A stretch of 50,206 nt of DNA from a virus (Duplodnaviria > Caudoviricetes), in IMG/VR virus record IMGVR_UViG_3300037483_000264, positions 1 through 50,206 of that record; one strand, given 5' to 3'. This document shows, piece by piece, positions 36,137 to 45,607 of this stretch. How positions within the stretch are numbered: position 1 is the stretch's first letter; every line of letters begins with the position of its first letter. A model generated the notes under the pieces. That model searched no databases. It worked only from the letters and a program-made list of their open reading frames with translations, and had not been told where the DNA came from. A program made the translations under genes and the position numbers.

Positions 36137-37279
36137 TTGGCGGTTTCCTACAACGAGTACCTCGCTGACCGCGCGGCCTCTCACGCGATCCAACTACTGC
36201 GACTAGGCGCCGGCGCGCGCAGCGAGGTACTCGGCTTTCTAGCCAAGCTGGAGATCCAGCTCGAGGACGAGCTGCGTCTATCGAGGCTCGGCGACAAGGT
36301 GCAGTCATTCGGCCGCGAGGCGAGGATTGAGCGGCTGCTCGCGCAGGTCCGGCAGTTGACGAGCACCGCCTACGACGAGATGACGGTCGCCAACGAGCGA
36401 GTCGCGCAGGGCATCGCGCAGCTCGAATCGACCTACGCCGTGAAGGGCTTCAAGGATGCGGCGGTCTTCGCCGCGATCAGCACGAGCACGCTTACGATGC
36501 AGCAGATTCGCTCGCTTGCGAGCAACCTCCTGATCGAGAGGTCGCCGGCCCGGCAGTGGTGGGCGCGGCAGGCTGGCGACCTGGCGCAGCGGTTCGCGGA
36601 TCAGATCCGAACGGGGGTTGCGCTCGGCGAGACGACCGACGATCTCGTGCGGCGCATCCGTGGGCGAGCCACCGGCCGGCGCCACACCTACGAACTGAAC
36701 GGCCGCGAGCATGTCTTCGTCGAGTTCTCCGGTGGCATCATGGACACCTCGACGCGCCACGCGGAGGCGCTCGTTCGAACGTCGGTGCAGACGATCGCTG
36801 GCGATGCGCGACGGCAGACCTTTGTCGAGAATCAGGACGTGGTGAAGGGGATCGTGCAGATCTCGACGCTCGACACGAGGACCACCGTGGTCTGCCTCGC
36901 CTACGGCGGCAAGGCATGGTCGCTCCCGGACTACCAGCCGATCGGGCACGACTTGCCCTATGGAGAAGGCACGCCGAGGCATTTCGGCTGCCGTTCCACA
37001 GAAGCGCCCCTGCTCCGCTCGTGGCAGGAACTCGGCATCGACCTCCAGGACGCGCCCCGCGGCGTGCGCTGGTCGCGGCTCGACGGCAACGTACCGGGCG
37101 ACTTCACAATGGACGACTTCCTGGCGCGTCGCTCGTTCGCGCAGCTCGAGGACATACTCGGCCCGGGCCGCGCGCAGCTCTACCGCGACGGCAAGATCAC
37201 GCTCGATGACCTGCTCGACCTCACCGGGCGCCCGCTGACGGTGGCGGAGCTGTGGGAGAGGTACGGAGCCGCAGCGTGA
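36137..37279 (+). CDS. Minor head protein (Mu gpF/SPP1 gp7-like)
   Basis: AEALVRT, STLDTRTT..C, PRHFGCRS, ILGPGR..LY..G; TTG start. Confidence 0.88.
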   Translation: MAVSYNEYLADRAASHAIQLLRLGAGARSEVLGFLAKLEIQLEDELRLSRLGDKVQSFGREARIERLLAQVRQLTSTAYDEMTVANERVAQGIAQLESTYAVKGFKDAAVFAAISTSTLTMQQIRSLASNLLIERSPARQWWARQAGDLAQRFADQIRTGVALGETTDDLVRRIRGRATGRRHTYELNGREHVFVEFSGGIMDTSTRHAEALVRTSVQTIAGDARRQTFVENQDVVKGIVQISTLDTRTTVVCLAYGGKAWSLPDYQPIGHDLPYGEGTPRHFGCRSTEAPLLRSWQELGIDLQDAPRGVRWSRLDGNVPGDFTMDDFLARRSFAQLEDILGPGRAQLYRDGKITLDDLLDLTGRPLTVAELWERYGAAA

Positions 37280-39704
37280 GCGAGCTCGGAGCGATCCGCC
37301 GGCTGCCACTACGCGGCGGCGCAGCAGCAGAGACAAGTCCGCGCGCGGTGCTACTCGACGCAGTTCGCGAGATCGACGAGGAGGGTTTCGATCCCACTGG
37401 CGTATTCGTGCTGGCGATCCAAGAGGTGGCAGAGGAGGACGGCACAACCACGCTCATCGACCATTGGTGGATGGCCGGCAAGAGCATGGCGCAGATGTCG
37501 CGCACGGTCGGGTGGCTGGAGTACTTCAAGGCGAAGCTCCTGGCCGAGATGACGGGGCGCCGATGATCCGCGACTGGCTCGGCATCCTCTCCTGGCGCCT
37601 GCGCCGCGTCCTACGCCCGATCTGCTGGTGGCGCGGGAAGCACCGCGGCTTCTGGACGCACGGGCGGTGGATCTGTCGGACCTGTGCGCACAACATGTTC
37701 GGCCCGCCGCCGGTCGGCACGTTCCTGACCGACGAGCCGGAGAGGCACATCTACCAGGTCGGCCCGCACGGCGAGCTGTTGCGCTGCGACAAGGTGCGGG
37801 GAGGGAAGAAGGCGCGGCGCCGGAAGCGCGACCAGGTGCTGGCGAACAAGCTGAGGCGCGCGCTGCTGCTCGGCGACGGGCTGGAGAAGAAGGGACAGGG
37901 GGAAAGGCGATGAGCGACCGGATGTGGCTGGGGCACGCAGAGCCCGAGGAGCTGCGCCAGGAGATAGTCAGGCTCTGGAGCGAATTGCAGGACCGCGACG
38001 CGACGATTGGCAGGATGCTGAACGACGCCGAAACGTGGATTCCGGTCGAGGAAGAGCTGCCGGAGGAAGGCATCAACGTGCTGGCGTGGGACGGAACGAG
38101 GGTCTATTTCGCGTTCTACCAGACCATGGAGTCGACCGGCACGACGATCGTGTCGTGCCTGCGTTGGGTAGACCTGGAGGCGTGGGGCGACGAGATACAC
38201 CGTGGCACGGACGCGACGCTCGACGACGTCACCCACTGGCGTCTGCTTCCAGAGCCGCCGGCGCGATGAGCGACGAGAACGCGAAGACGCCGCCCCTCAG
38301 CGTCAACAACCTGACGCTGCACTGGGCTGGCTTTCATAGCCGGGAGAGCAAGCTCCTCGACGAACACGGCCGCAATCTCTTCGAGATCCTCCGGGTTGGG
38401 AGCGCGGCCTTCGAATTCAATGCGGAGGAGCCGCATGCCGGAATCACGCTGCACCTAAACCTCGGGCACCTCTGCGTTCCCGGCGTCAAGGCTCGGTTGT
38501 CGAAGATGGACCTGGCGCGCCTCGCCGCTGAGCATGGCTACCGGCTCTTCCCGATGTGGCCCGAGGACGAGAGCCCACTACCAACCGCTCCGGTCAGTGA
38601 AGCGGGGAATCCAATCGCGTGCAGCGCCCCGTCTGATCCAGAGGTTCAGCGATGAGCGGCCCCGACGCCATCCTCAACTGGAAAGTCTCGCGTTCGGTAG
38701 GCACCGCGGCCGACGGCCGCTTCGCCATGGAGCTGGAGAAGACGAGCGGCGAGGCCGTGTTGCTCGCCGGCCCGGCCAAGGTCGTGCGCGAGCTGGCCGA
38801 GCTCGCGATGGAAGCCGCAGCAGCGCGCGAGCACCGGCGGGCGTTGATCGCCAGCAAGGGCATCGGCTACTGGGTTTCCTTCGCCGCGGGCGGAGGGAAC
38901 TTCGGATCCATGCACGTCACGCTACCGGCGCCCGGCATCGCGTCGATCGACGACCTCTTCCGGCTGCAGCGCGACCTGTCGACCAAGTTCCAGACCAACG
39001 TCGTCATCATCGGCTGGTGCGAGATGGAAGGCCCCCGGCGCGTCTTCTCCCTCGTGCCATCGCCGCAGCCGGTGAACCTCGCCTGACCGAAAGGAGCCAC
39101 ACCTTGCGATTCTCTCGACCCGAGTTCGAACACCTGAAGACCGCGGCCGAGGTGCGCCACTGGGCCGCCGTGAACGATGCGCAGCACGGGGATCCGGGGC
39201 TGAGCGCACTCGCGCGGCAGCACGCGCTCGACCTCGAGGCCGGGGCGATCGAGGCGCCGACGGATCCACCGGCGGGCGAGGAGTCGATCAGCGCCAGCGG
39301 TCCGATCCTGCCGGTCGGGGCGGTGCCCGAGGGCGAGGCGCCGAACCTCACGATCAGCGGCGCGATGCCGCGGTTCGACGAGCTTCCGATCGAGACTCAG
39401 AAGGCCATGCTCGCCGACGATTCGCAGCCGCCCATCGACCCGATCACCCATCACCGTCGCAGCAAGGGCGCCTGACGTGTTCGCCGTCCGTGTAGGCGAT
39501 CGCTTCCTGAACCTCGACCGGCTGCAGACGGCCACCTGGGTTCCGGCCGAGGGCGCCCTCTACCTGACCGGCGAAGCGTTCGAACAGCGCCTCGAAGGCG
39601 ACGACGCAACCCGCGTGCTGGCGATCCTCGACCGGGCGGCCGAAGGCGCCGAGGCCTCGCTGCGCGTGATGGCCGAGCTGGCCGCCACGGAGGGCGAGCG
39701 CTGA
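37276..39704 (+). CDS. Run of seven small accessory genes in the head operon (37276-37566, 37563-37913, 37910-38269 DUF551-like, 38266-38655, 38652-39086, 39104-39475, 39477-39704)
   Basis: Chained 4-nt overlaps or RBS sites; WIPVEEELP...VTHWRLLPEPP in the third gene. Confidence 0.6.
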
Positions 39705-39757
39705 TCGCTGAGCAGCCCTATCGCTCGGTCGGACGGAGGCGGCGCGAGCCGCCGTGG

Positions 39758-39952
39758 GTGGAGCCGTTCTTCGTCGCGTTCGAACGTACCAACGGCAACA
39801 TCGAAGCGGCTTCCTCGCTGGCCGGCACCAGCCGCAGGAACGTCTACTACTACAGCGACCGGCACCGGGAGTTCTGCGTGCGGCTGGAGGCGGCCATGCG
39901 CGCGCTCTTCGCCCGCCAGGACGCCCGGATCAGGCGAAAGACCAGCGCCTAG
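39758..39952 (+). CDS. Small HTH protein
   Basis: GNIEAASSLAGTSRRNVYYY...EF; start uncertain. Confidence 0.55.
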   Translation: MEPFFVAFERTNGNIEAASSLAGTSRRNVYYYSDRHREFCVRLEAAMRALFARQDARIRRKTSA

Positions 39953-40071
39953 ATCGCTCGCCAGCGCCTCATCGCTGGCATTCACAACTATTCACACCGA
40001 ACGGCGCGATTCTGCGCGCAAGGCTAGACGTGTATGCGCGTGATGCCAGACCACGGAAGGCCCAACAACTA

Positions 40072-40129
40072 GGCGCGGCGTGATGCCGGCGGCCGTGATG
40101 GCCGAAAGCCGAAAAGGGGAAACGCGATG
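40072..40129 (+). promoter_or_regulatory. Tandem GUGAU-loop hairpins in the scaffold leader
   Basis: cggc-gtgat-gccg and cggcc-gtgat-ggccg; a related cgcgatg overlaps the ATG. Confidence 0.55.
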
Positions 40130-40897
40130 CCGCAGCTCAAGATCGGCGAGAACAACCAGCCCGTCTACCAGGACGGCAAGTTCGTCCTGGTCCACGACGA
40201 CAAGAGCGAGACGCCTTTCGATCCGGTCGGGGCGTTCTCCGCCGCCGCAGCCGCGCGGCGAGAGCGCGACGAGTTCAAGACGAAGGCGGAGTCTGCAAGC
40301 TCCGTGCTGGACCTGTTCGGCAAGGACGATGCCGAGCGCAAGACCGCGGTCGAGAAGCTGAAGCTCGCTCGCGCGCTCGACGACAAGAAGTTGGTCGATG
40401 CCGGCAAGGTCGACGAGGTCGTCGCCGAGCGGCTGCGAACCGCGCGCGAGGAGTGGGAGGCGAAGGAGAAGGCCCTCGCCGGCACCAGCGAGCAACTCTC
40501 CTCGCAGCTCGACGAGATCCTGATCGAGAAGGCCTTCGCCGGCAGCAAGGTGCTCGACGACTACTTCCCGACCTGGTCGCTGCTGGCTCCTGTGTTCCGC
40601 AGCCGTCTCGGGCGCGAAGGTAAGACGCTCGTCGGCTACCGCGACGCCGAGAAGAAGGAGCGCATCTACTCGGCCTCCGGCGAGCTCGCCCAGGGCGACG
40701 AGCTGCTCCTCGCGCTCCTCAAGTCGCACCCCGACCACGACAAGTGGAAGAAGGGCGCCAACGCCAACGGCAGCGCCGCACCCGGCAATACGGCCGCCAA
40801 GGCCGGAACGAAGACGCTGACGGTCGAACAGTTCCAGGCGCTAAGTGCGCAGGCGCGAATGGACTTCATCAACAAAGAGGGCGGACAGATCGCCTAA
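40127..40897 (+). CDS. Capsid scaffolding protein (DUF6651-like)
   Basis: Charged coiled coil just before the capsid gene; LDDKKLVDAGKVDEV, AFAGSK, IYS...GELA. Confidence 0.8.
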   Translation: MPQLKIGENNQPVYQDGKFVLVHDDKSETPFDPVGAFSAAAAARRERDEFKTKAESASSVLDLFGKDDAERKTAVEKLKLARALDDKKLVDAGKVDEVVAERLRTAREEWEAKEKALAGTSEQLSSQLDEILIEKAFAGSKVLDDYFPTWSLLAPVFRSRLGREGKTLVGYRDAEKKERIYSASGELAQGDELLLALLKSHPDHDKWKKGANANGSAAPGNTAAKAGTKTLTVEQFQALSAQARMDFINKEGGQIA

Positions 40898-40930
40898 CGC
40901 GGGCCAGTGAGGCCCGAGGAGAACAGCTAG

Positions 40931-42097
40931 ATGGCTAACGTGCTGACGGGCCTCATCCAGAACGCCTACAAGGCGTGGAACGTCGTTTCTCGCGAGAAGG
41001 TCGGCTTCCTGACCGCGATGTACATGCCGCCGGCAGGAACGCCGATCGGCCTGGCGCCGGGCGGCGTCACGCAGACGTACCGCGTGCCGATCGCAGCCGC
41101 TGCGTCGACCGCGAACAACACGGCCGCGGTCACTCCGCCCGACACGGGCAGCGAGACCTCGACCTACGCCGACGTCACGATGACGAAGTCGAAGCACGTC
41201 CCCGTGCGGTTCACCGGCGAGGAGCAGCTCGGCCTGACGACCTCGGGCGACTACGACATGCTCTACCAGGCGCGGTTGCAGGAGGCCTTCCGCGCCCTGG
41301 TCAACGAGATGGAGGCGGACGCCTACGCGCTCATCCGCGTGAACTCCTCGCGCGCCTACGGCACCGCGGCCACGCCCCCGTTCGCGACCGCGGCTGACCT
41401 CCAGGACCTGTCGAATGTCGCGCTGATCCTCGACGACAACGGCTGTCCGTCCTCGGACCGGCAGATCGTGCTCGCCAACAACGCGATCAACAACCTGCGC
41501 GGCAAGCAGAGCCAGCTCTTCAAGGTCAACGAGGCGGGCTCGGCCGAGATGCTGCGTGACGGCTTCTTCGGTCGCCTCGAGGGCTTCTCGGTCCGCCAGT
41601 CGGGCCAGATCAGCACGATCACGAAGGGCACCGGCATCAACTACGTCTCCGACCTCGTCGCGGGCTACGCGATCGGCGATACCACGGTGCACGTCGACAC
41701 CGGCACGGGCACGATCCTGGCTGGAGACTTCGTGACCTTCGCGGGCGACACCAACAAGTACATCGTCAAGACAGGCTTCGCCGGCGACGGCGACGGCGAC
41801 ATCGTGCTGCAGTCGCCCGGCCTCAAGCAGACTCTCGCGAACGACGTCGCGCTGACGGTCGGCGGCAGCTCGCGCCACAACCTGGCCTTCGACCGCGCCT
41901 CGGTCGTCTGGCTCACCCGCGAGCCCGCCATGGGCAACGACATGGCGATCGCGCAGTCCAACCTCCAGGACCCCGCCACCGGGATGATCTTCGGCCTCGC
42001 GATCTACCCGGGGTTCGGTCAGACCACCGTGCACGTCCGTCTCGCGTGGGGTGGCGGAGTCGTCAAGGGCGCTCACATCGCCACGCTGCTCGGCTGA
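40931..42097 (+). CDS. Major capsid protein (P22 coat-like)
   Basis: ANVLTGLI...VVSRE.VGF; QEAFRALVNEME.D; LRDG.FGRLEGF; NLAF.R; GAGGAG RBS. Confidence 0.9.
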   Translation: MANVLTGLIQNAYKAWNVVSREKVGFLTAMYMPPAGTPIGLAPGGVTQTYRVPIAAAASTANNTAAVTPPDTGSETSTYADVTMTKSKHVPVRFTGEEQLGLTTSGDYDMLYQARLQEAFRALVNEMEADAYALIRVNSSRAYGTAATPPFATAADLQDLSNVALILDDNGCPSSDRQIVLANNAINNLRGKQSQLFKVNEAGSAEMLRDGFFGRLEGFSVRQSGQISTITKGTGINYVSDLVAGYAIGDTTVHVDTGTGTILAGDFVTFAGDTNKYIVKTGFAGDGDGDIVLQSPGLKQTLANDVALTVGGSSRHNLAFDRASVVWLTREPAMGNDMAIAQSNLQDPATGMIFGLAIYPGFGQTTVHVRLAWGGGVVKGAHIATLLG

Positions 42098-42107
42098 TCT
42101 CCGATCA

Positions 42108-42148
42108 GGCGGGGGCCTCCGGGGCGCGCAGCCTCGGGGGCCTCTGCC
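42108..42148 (+). terminator. Strong hairpin after the capsid gene (terminator or stabiliser, no U-tract)
   Basis: 18-bp stem including G-U pairs; loop gcgca. Confidence 0.5.
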
Positions 42149-42181
42149 CGACCGATCCACGCCTGACTCAGGAGACAGCCC

Positions 42182-43285
42182 ATGCACAGCAACCAGCTCT
42201 ACCTCGCGGCCGGCGACATTCTCACCGTCGCGTCGGCCGGGGGCTCGACGGGATCGGCCGTGCGCCTGTCGAACATCCCGGGCTCGAATTCGCTGGGGTC
42301 CACGGCGATCGGAGCCGGCGAATCGTGGACGTTCGGCCCGTTCGGCACCACCACCCGCTGGCAGATCGACTCGGACCGCGGCGAGCTGGTGACCTCTCAG
42401 GCGCCGGACGAGGACTCGGCGACGGTCGGCGCGAAGGCGGGCGCCACGGTCACCGCGCGCGAGAGCGGCGACGACCTGATCCGACGGACGATCCTGACGC
42501 TCGCGGACACGCCGATCAGTTTTCAGGATGATGCTGGCGTCGGTCAGTTCGGGTCGGTGACGCTCTACGACATGCCGGCCGGGAACATCGTCTTTCTCGG
42601 CGCGGTGGTAGACGTCGATCTCGCGCTCACCGCCGCGGCCTGGACCGACACAGCCGCGGGCGACGTGGGCCTCGGGACTACCGCAGTCACCGACGGCGAC
42701 GCGCTCGCGACGACCGAGCAGAACATCATCCCGACGACCGCCATCGCCGCAATGGTCGCGCAGGTCGGCCCGATCAACGCGCAATCGATCAGCGTGCTCG
42801 GCGCGGCAGCCGCGGGCGGCACCGACACCGACGTGGCGCTCAACGTCCGGATCGACGATGCCGCGGCGCACATGGCGGACCTCGTCACCAATGGCGCTTT
42901 CGGTTCGGACGCCTCCTGGACGAAGGGGACCGGCTGGACCATCGCGGCCGGCGTTGCGGACTCCGACGGCACGCAGGAGGCAGTGTCCGACCTGGCCCAG
43001 ACTCCGACCGAGTTGCTCGCCGGGATCTCCTACCTGGTGACCTTCACTCTGACGCGGAGCGCCGGGAGCGTGACTGCGGTGATCGGCGGAACGTCCGGGA
43101 CCGCGCGCGCGACGGCCGACACGTTCGCCGAATCGATCATCGCTGGCGCCGACGGCACGATCGCTCTGCGCGCGAGTGCTGACTTCGTCGGCACAGTCGA
43201 CGACGTAAGTGTCGTGCCAGAGACCGCCGGCGGCGTGCTGAACGGCACCGTCACGCTGACGTGGCTGAACGCAGGCGACTACTGA
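42182..43285 (+). CDS. Head decoration/auxiliary capsid protein
   Basis: Follows the capsid gene; beta-rich; LVTNGAFGSDASWTKGTGW carbohydrate-binding-like module. Confidence 0.6.
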   Translation: MHSNQLYLAAGDILTVASAGGSTGSAVRLSNIPGSNSLGSTAIGAGESWTFGPFGTTTRWQIDSDRGELVTSQAPDEDSATVGAKAGATVTARESGDDLIRRTILTLADTPISFQDDAGVGQFGSVTLYDMPAGNIVFLGAVVDVDLALTAAAWTDTAAGDVGLGTTAVTDGDALATTEQNIIPTTAIAAMVAQVGPINAQSISVLGAAAAGGTDTDVALNVRIDDAAAHMADLVTNGAFGSDASWTKGTGWTIAAGVADSDGTQEAVSDLAQTPTELLAGISYLVTFTLTRSAGSVTAVIGGTSGTARATADTFAESIIAGADGTIALRASADFVGTVDDVSVVPETAGGVLNGTVTLTWLNAGDY

Positions 43286-43308
43286 GTCGACAACTCCAGG
43301 GGGATGAA

Positions 43309-43527
43309 ATGAACGCAGCGATCCTCACGCTCTACCGCGGCGAAGACAAGGTCATCGTCGAGGCCGGCTCTCCGGCCGATGCTTCTTTCCGGGCGATCGG
43401 GTTTTCCGAGCCCAAGCCGGAGGCGGAGCCGGCGCCGGCGAAGGAGCCAGGCGAGGCGAAGGAGCCAGGCGAGGCGAAGGTCGAAGAGAAGGCGAGGGCG
43501 AAAGGCGGGGCGAAGGGCAGGCGCTGA
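43309..43527 (+). CDS. Small protein with a Lys/Glu/Pro-rich tail
   Basis: Contains an 18-bp tandem duplication at 43441-43476 (KEPGEA x2). Confidence 0.6.
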   Translation: MNAAILTLYRGEDKVIVEAGSPADASFRAIGFSEPKPEAEPAPAKEPGEAKEPGEAKVEEKARAKGGAKGRR

Positions 43528-43533
43528 TCTCCG

Positions 43534-44049
43534 ATGGCCGACTCTCTCGTCGTCACCGCGGGCGCCTCGAACTCGGACAGCTATAACTCGCTGGCCGAGC
43601 TGGAGACGTACTACACGGCGCACGGAGCGCCGGAGGGGTGGTCTACGCTCGACGATGTCGCGAAGTGCAAGCACGCGCGCAACGCGGCCGCATGGATGGA
43701 TCGTCGCTGGCCGTGGCTCGGGCTGATCACCTACGCCGTCAGTCCTGCGCAGGCACTGGCCTGGCCGCGATCTGGCGCGGTCGATCGAGACGGACGGACG
43801 ATCGATCGCGAGACGATTCCAACCGGAATCAAGTCGCTCCACGCCGAAGTGACGAAGCTGGCGGTCGAGGACAAGTTGCAGCTTTCGGCGCTGGAGCGCG
43901 GAGGGTTGGTGGCCTCCGAGCAGATCGGGCCGATCTCGACGAGCTACTTCCTTGGCGCACCCGGAGGTTCGAGCTATCCGTTTCTCGACTCGCTGGCGTC
44001 GCGGTTCACTTCGGGTGCCGGGCTGCGGCTGTTCTCGAACGGGGGCTAG
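43534..44049 (+). CDS. Head-tail adaptor (DnaT-like family)
   Basis: SDSYNSLAE, QALAWPR, IPTGIK, EQIGPISTSY. Confidence 0.82.
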   Translation: MADSLVVTAGASNSDSYNSLAELETYYTAHGAPEGWSTLDDVAKCKHARNAAAWMDRRWPWLGLITYAVSPAQALAWPRSGAVDRDGRTIDRETIPTGIKSLHAEVTKLAVEDKLQLSALERGGLVASEQIGPISTSYFLGAPGGSSYPFLDSLASRFTSGAGLRLFSNGG

Positions 44050-44053
44050 CGAC

Positions 44054-45487
44054 GTGAAGACCTCTCGGGTGATCGCTCTGCTGGGCCTTGCGGCCATGAT
44101 CGCAGCGCCGCTCTCCGCCCAGCCCGGCGTAGGCGGTATCGCGGCGACCGCGTTCGGCTGGCGGACGTGGCGGGAGCCGGTGGCGAACGCCGCGGCGCTG
44201 CCGACGTGCAACGTGGCTGCGACGAGCCACGCGCGGATGGCGCTCGACACCTGGAAGGTCTACGTCTGCGACGGCGCGGGCGCCTGGAACACTCCGGCCG
44301 GAGGGCCGACCAACTACGCGGCCAGCGCGAGTCCGGCCGGCCCCGCGCAGGACTTGAGCTGCACGGACTGCATCGGCAGCACGGAGATCGACGAGAGCAC
44401 GCTGTTTGGTGCTGGCGACGTCCCAGCCGCCGAGACGGACTCCGCGCACGACACGGCGGAGGAGGTGGGGGCTGTTAGCAAGCAGGCGACGACGCCTGGC
44501 ATCGCGGAGACTGGCAACTCCAACCTCACGGGGACGGTGATCGCAGGGACGCAACTGAGCGCCCCCAAGCTCGTCACGACCGCAGCCGGGGTTGATGTAA
44601 CAGCGGCGAGCGCGTTCGGAGCGAGCATCTCCATCGCGGGCGGAGGTTCGACCAATCACGTTACGGGCCTGGCCGCGAGCGCGACCAACACGTTGAACTC
44701 CACCGGCAGCGGTGGACCCATAGGCGTCCAGAGCTTCGCCACGGTGGCCACCGGAGTGACCACTACGAACTCCGAGGGAATTGACGCGACGAGCTTCGTG
44801 TCCGGAATTACCACAAGCTCCTACGGGATCAGCAATCAGATCGCCGCTCTCCCGGGCGGCTCGATTGGGACAGCGTACGGCAACTACAGCGACGTTCTGA
44901 CCTCTGGAACGGGGGCCATCTCGACTGCCTATGGCTACCTCGGCAAGGTCCGATCACTCGGCGTTGGGGGTGCACTTGGTACGGTCTACGGCCTGGCGCT
45001 CGACGGATGGAGCGGCATCGCGACCACGAGCTACGGCTTGTTCCTTGGCTCGTCTATCGACATCGGAACCACCAGATACGCGATCTACTCGGAGAGCACG
45101 GCGCCCTCTGTGTTGTCGGGTCCCTTGACGGTGCCAATCGCCGCTGTCACGTCGGACCTGGACGTTTTCGGTCCGAGCTCCGGCACGACCGTTGGAGTGG
45201 ACGGTCTTGCGCTCGCGCTCGACTCGAGCAACAACGCCTATTTCTGGTTGCGCGAATCAGGTGTCATGAATTTCGGCACGGCCGGGGTCGGTAGATTGGG
45301 GCTCTCGAACGCAGGCGCTGACTTTTCGGTGGCTGTTGGAACCGCCGAGCTCGCGTTGACCCCCGGTTCCGTGGGGTCGTGTGGGTCAGGCCAGAAGGGT
45401 CATCTCCGCGTCGCGGCGGATGGAACGCTCTGCAACTGCAACGGAGCGGTCTGGACCGGATCGCCAGCAAGTGGGAGCTGCACATGA
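44054..45487 (+). CDS. Neck/fibre-like protein with signal peptide and Cys-containing terminal modules
   Basis: GTG start; MKTSRVIALLGLAAMIAAPLSA|QP; repeated AYG/YG beta repeats; LPTC...YVCDG.GAW and CNCNGAVW. Confidence 0.65.
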   Translation: MKTSRVIALLGLAAMIAAPLSAQPGVGGIAATAFGWRTWREPVANAAALPTCNVAATSHARMALDTWKVYVCDGAGAWNTPAGGPTNYAASASPAGPAQDLSCTDCIGSTEIDESTLFGAGDVPAAETDSAHDTAEEVGAVSKQATTPGIAETGNSNLTGTVIAGTQLSAPKLVTTAAGVDVTAASAFGASISIAGGGSTNHVTGLAASATNTLNSTGSGGPIGVQSFATVATGVTTTNSEGIDATSFVSGITTSSYGISNQIAALPGGSIGTAYGNYSDVLTSGTGAISTAYGYLGKVRSLGVGGALGTVYGLALDGWSGIATTSYGLFLGSSIDIGTTRYAIYSESTAPSVLSGPLTVPIAAVTSDLDVFGPSSGTTVGVDGLALALDSSNNAYFWLRESGVMNFGTAGVGRLGLSNAGADFSVAVGTAELALTPGSVGSCGSGQKGHLRVAADGTLCNCNGAVWTGSPASGSCT

Positions 45488-45606
45488 CCTCGCCCCCTCT
45501 CCGCCCCTTCGCCGAGCCGCCGCACGTCGGGCGCGGCGCGCTCGTCGTGGCGGTCCTCGCTCTCGTTGGAGTCGCAGTCCTGATCGCTGCCGCCCTGAGC
45601 CACTAA
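45484..45606 (+). CDS. 40-aa single-TM protein
   Basis: ATGA overlap; ALVVAVLALVGVAVLIAAAL. Confidence 0.45.
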   Translation: MTSPPLRPFAEPPHVGRGALVVAVLALVGVAVLIAAALSH

Positions 45607-45607
45607 C

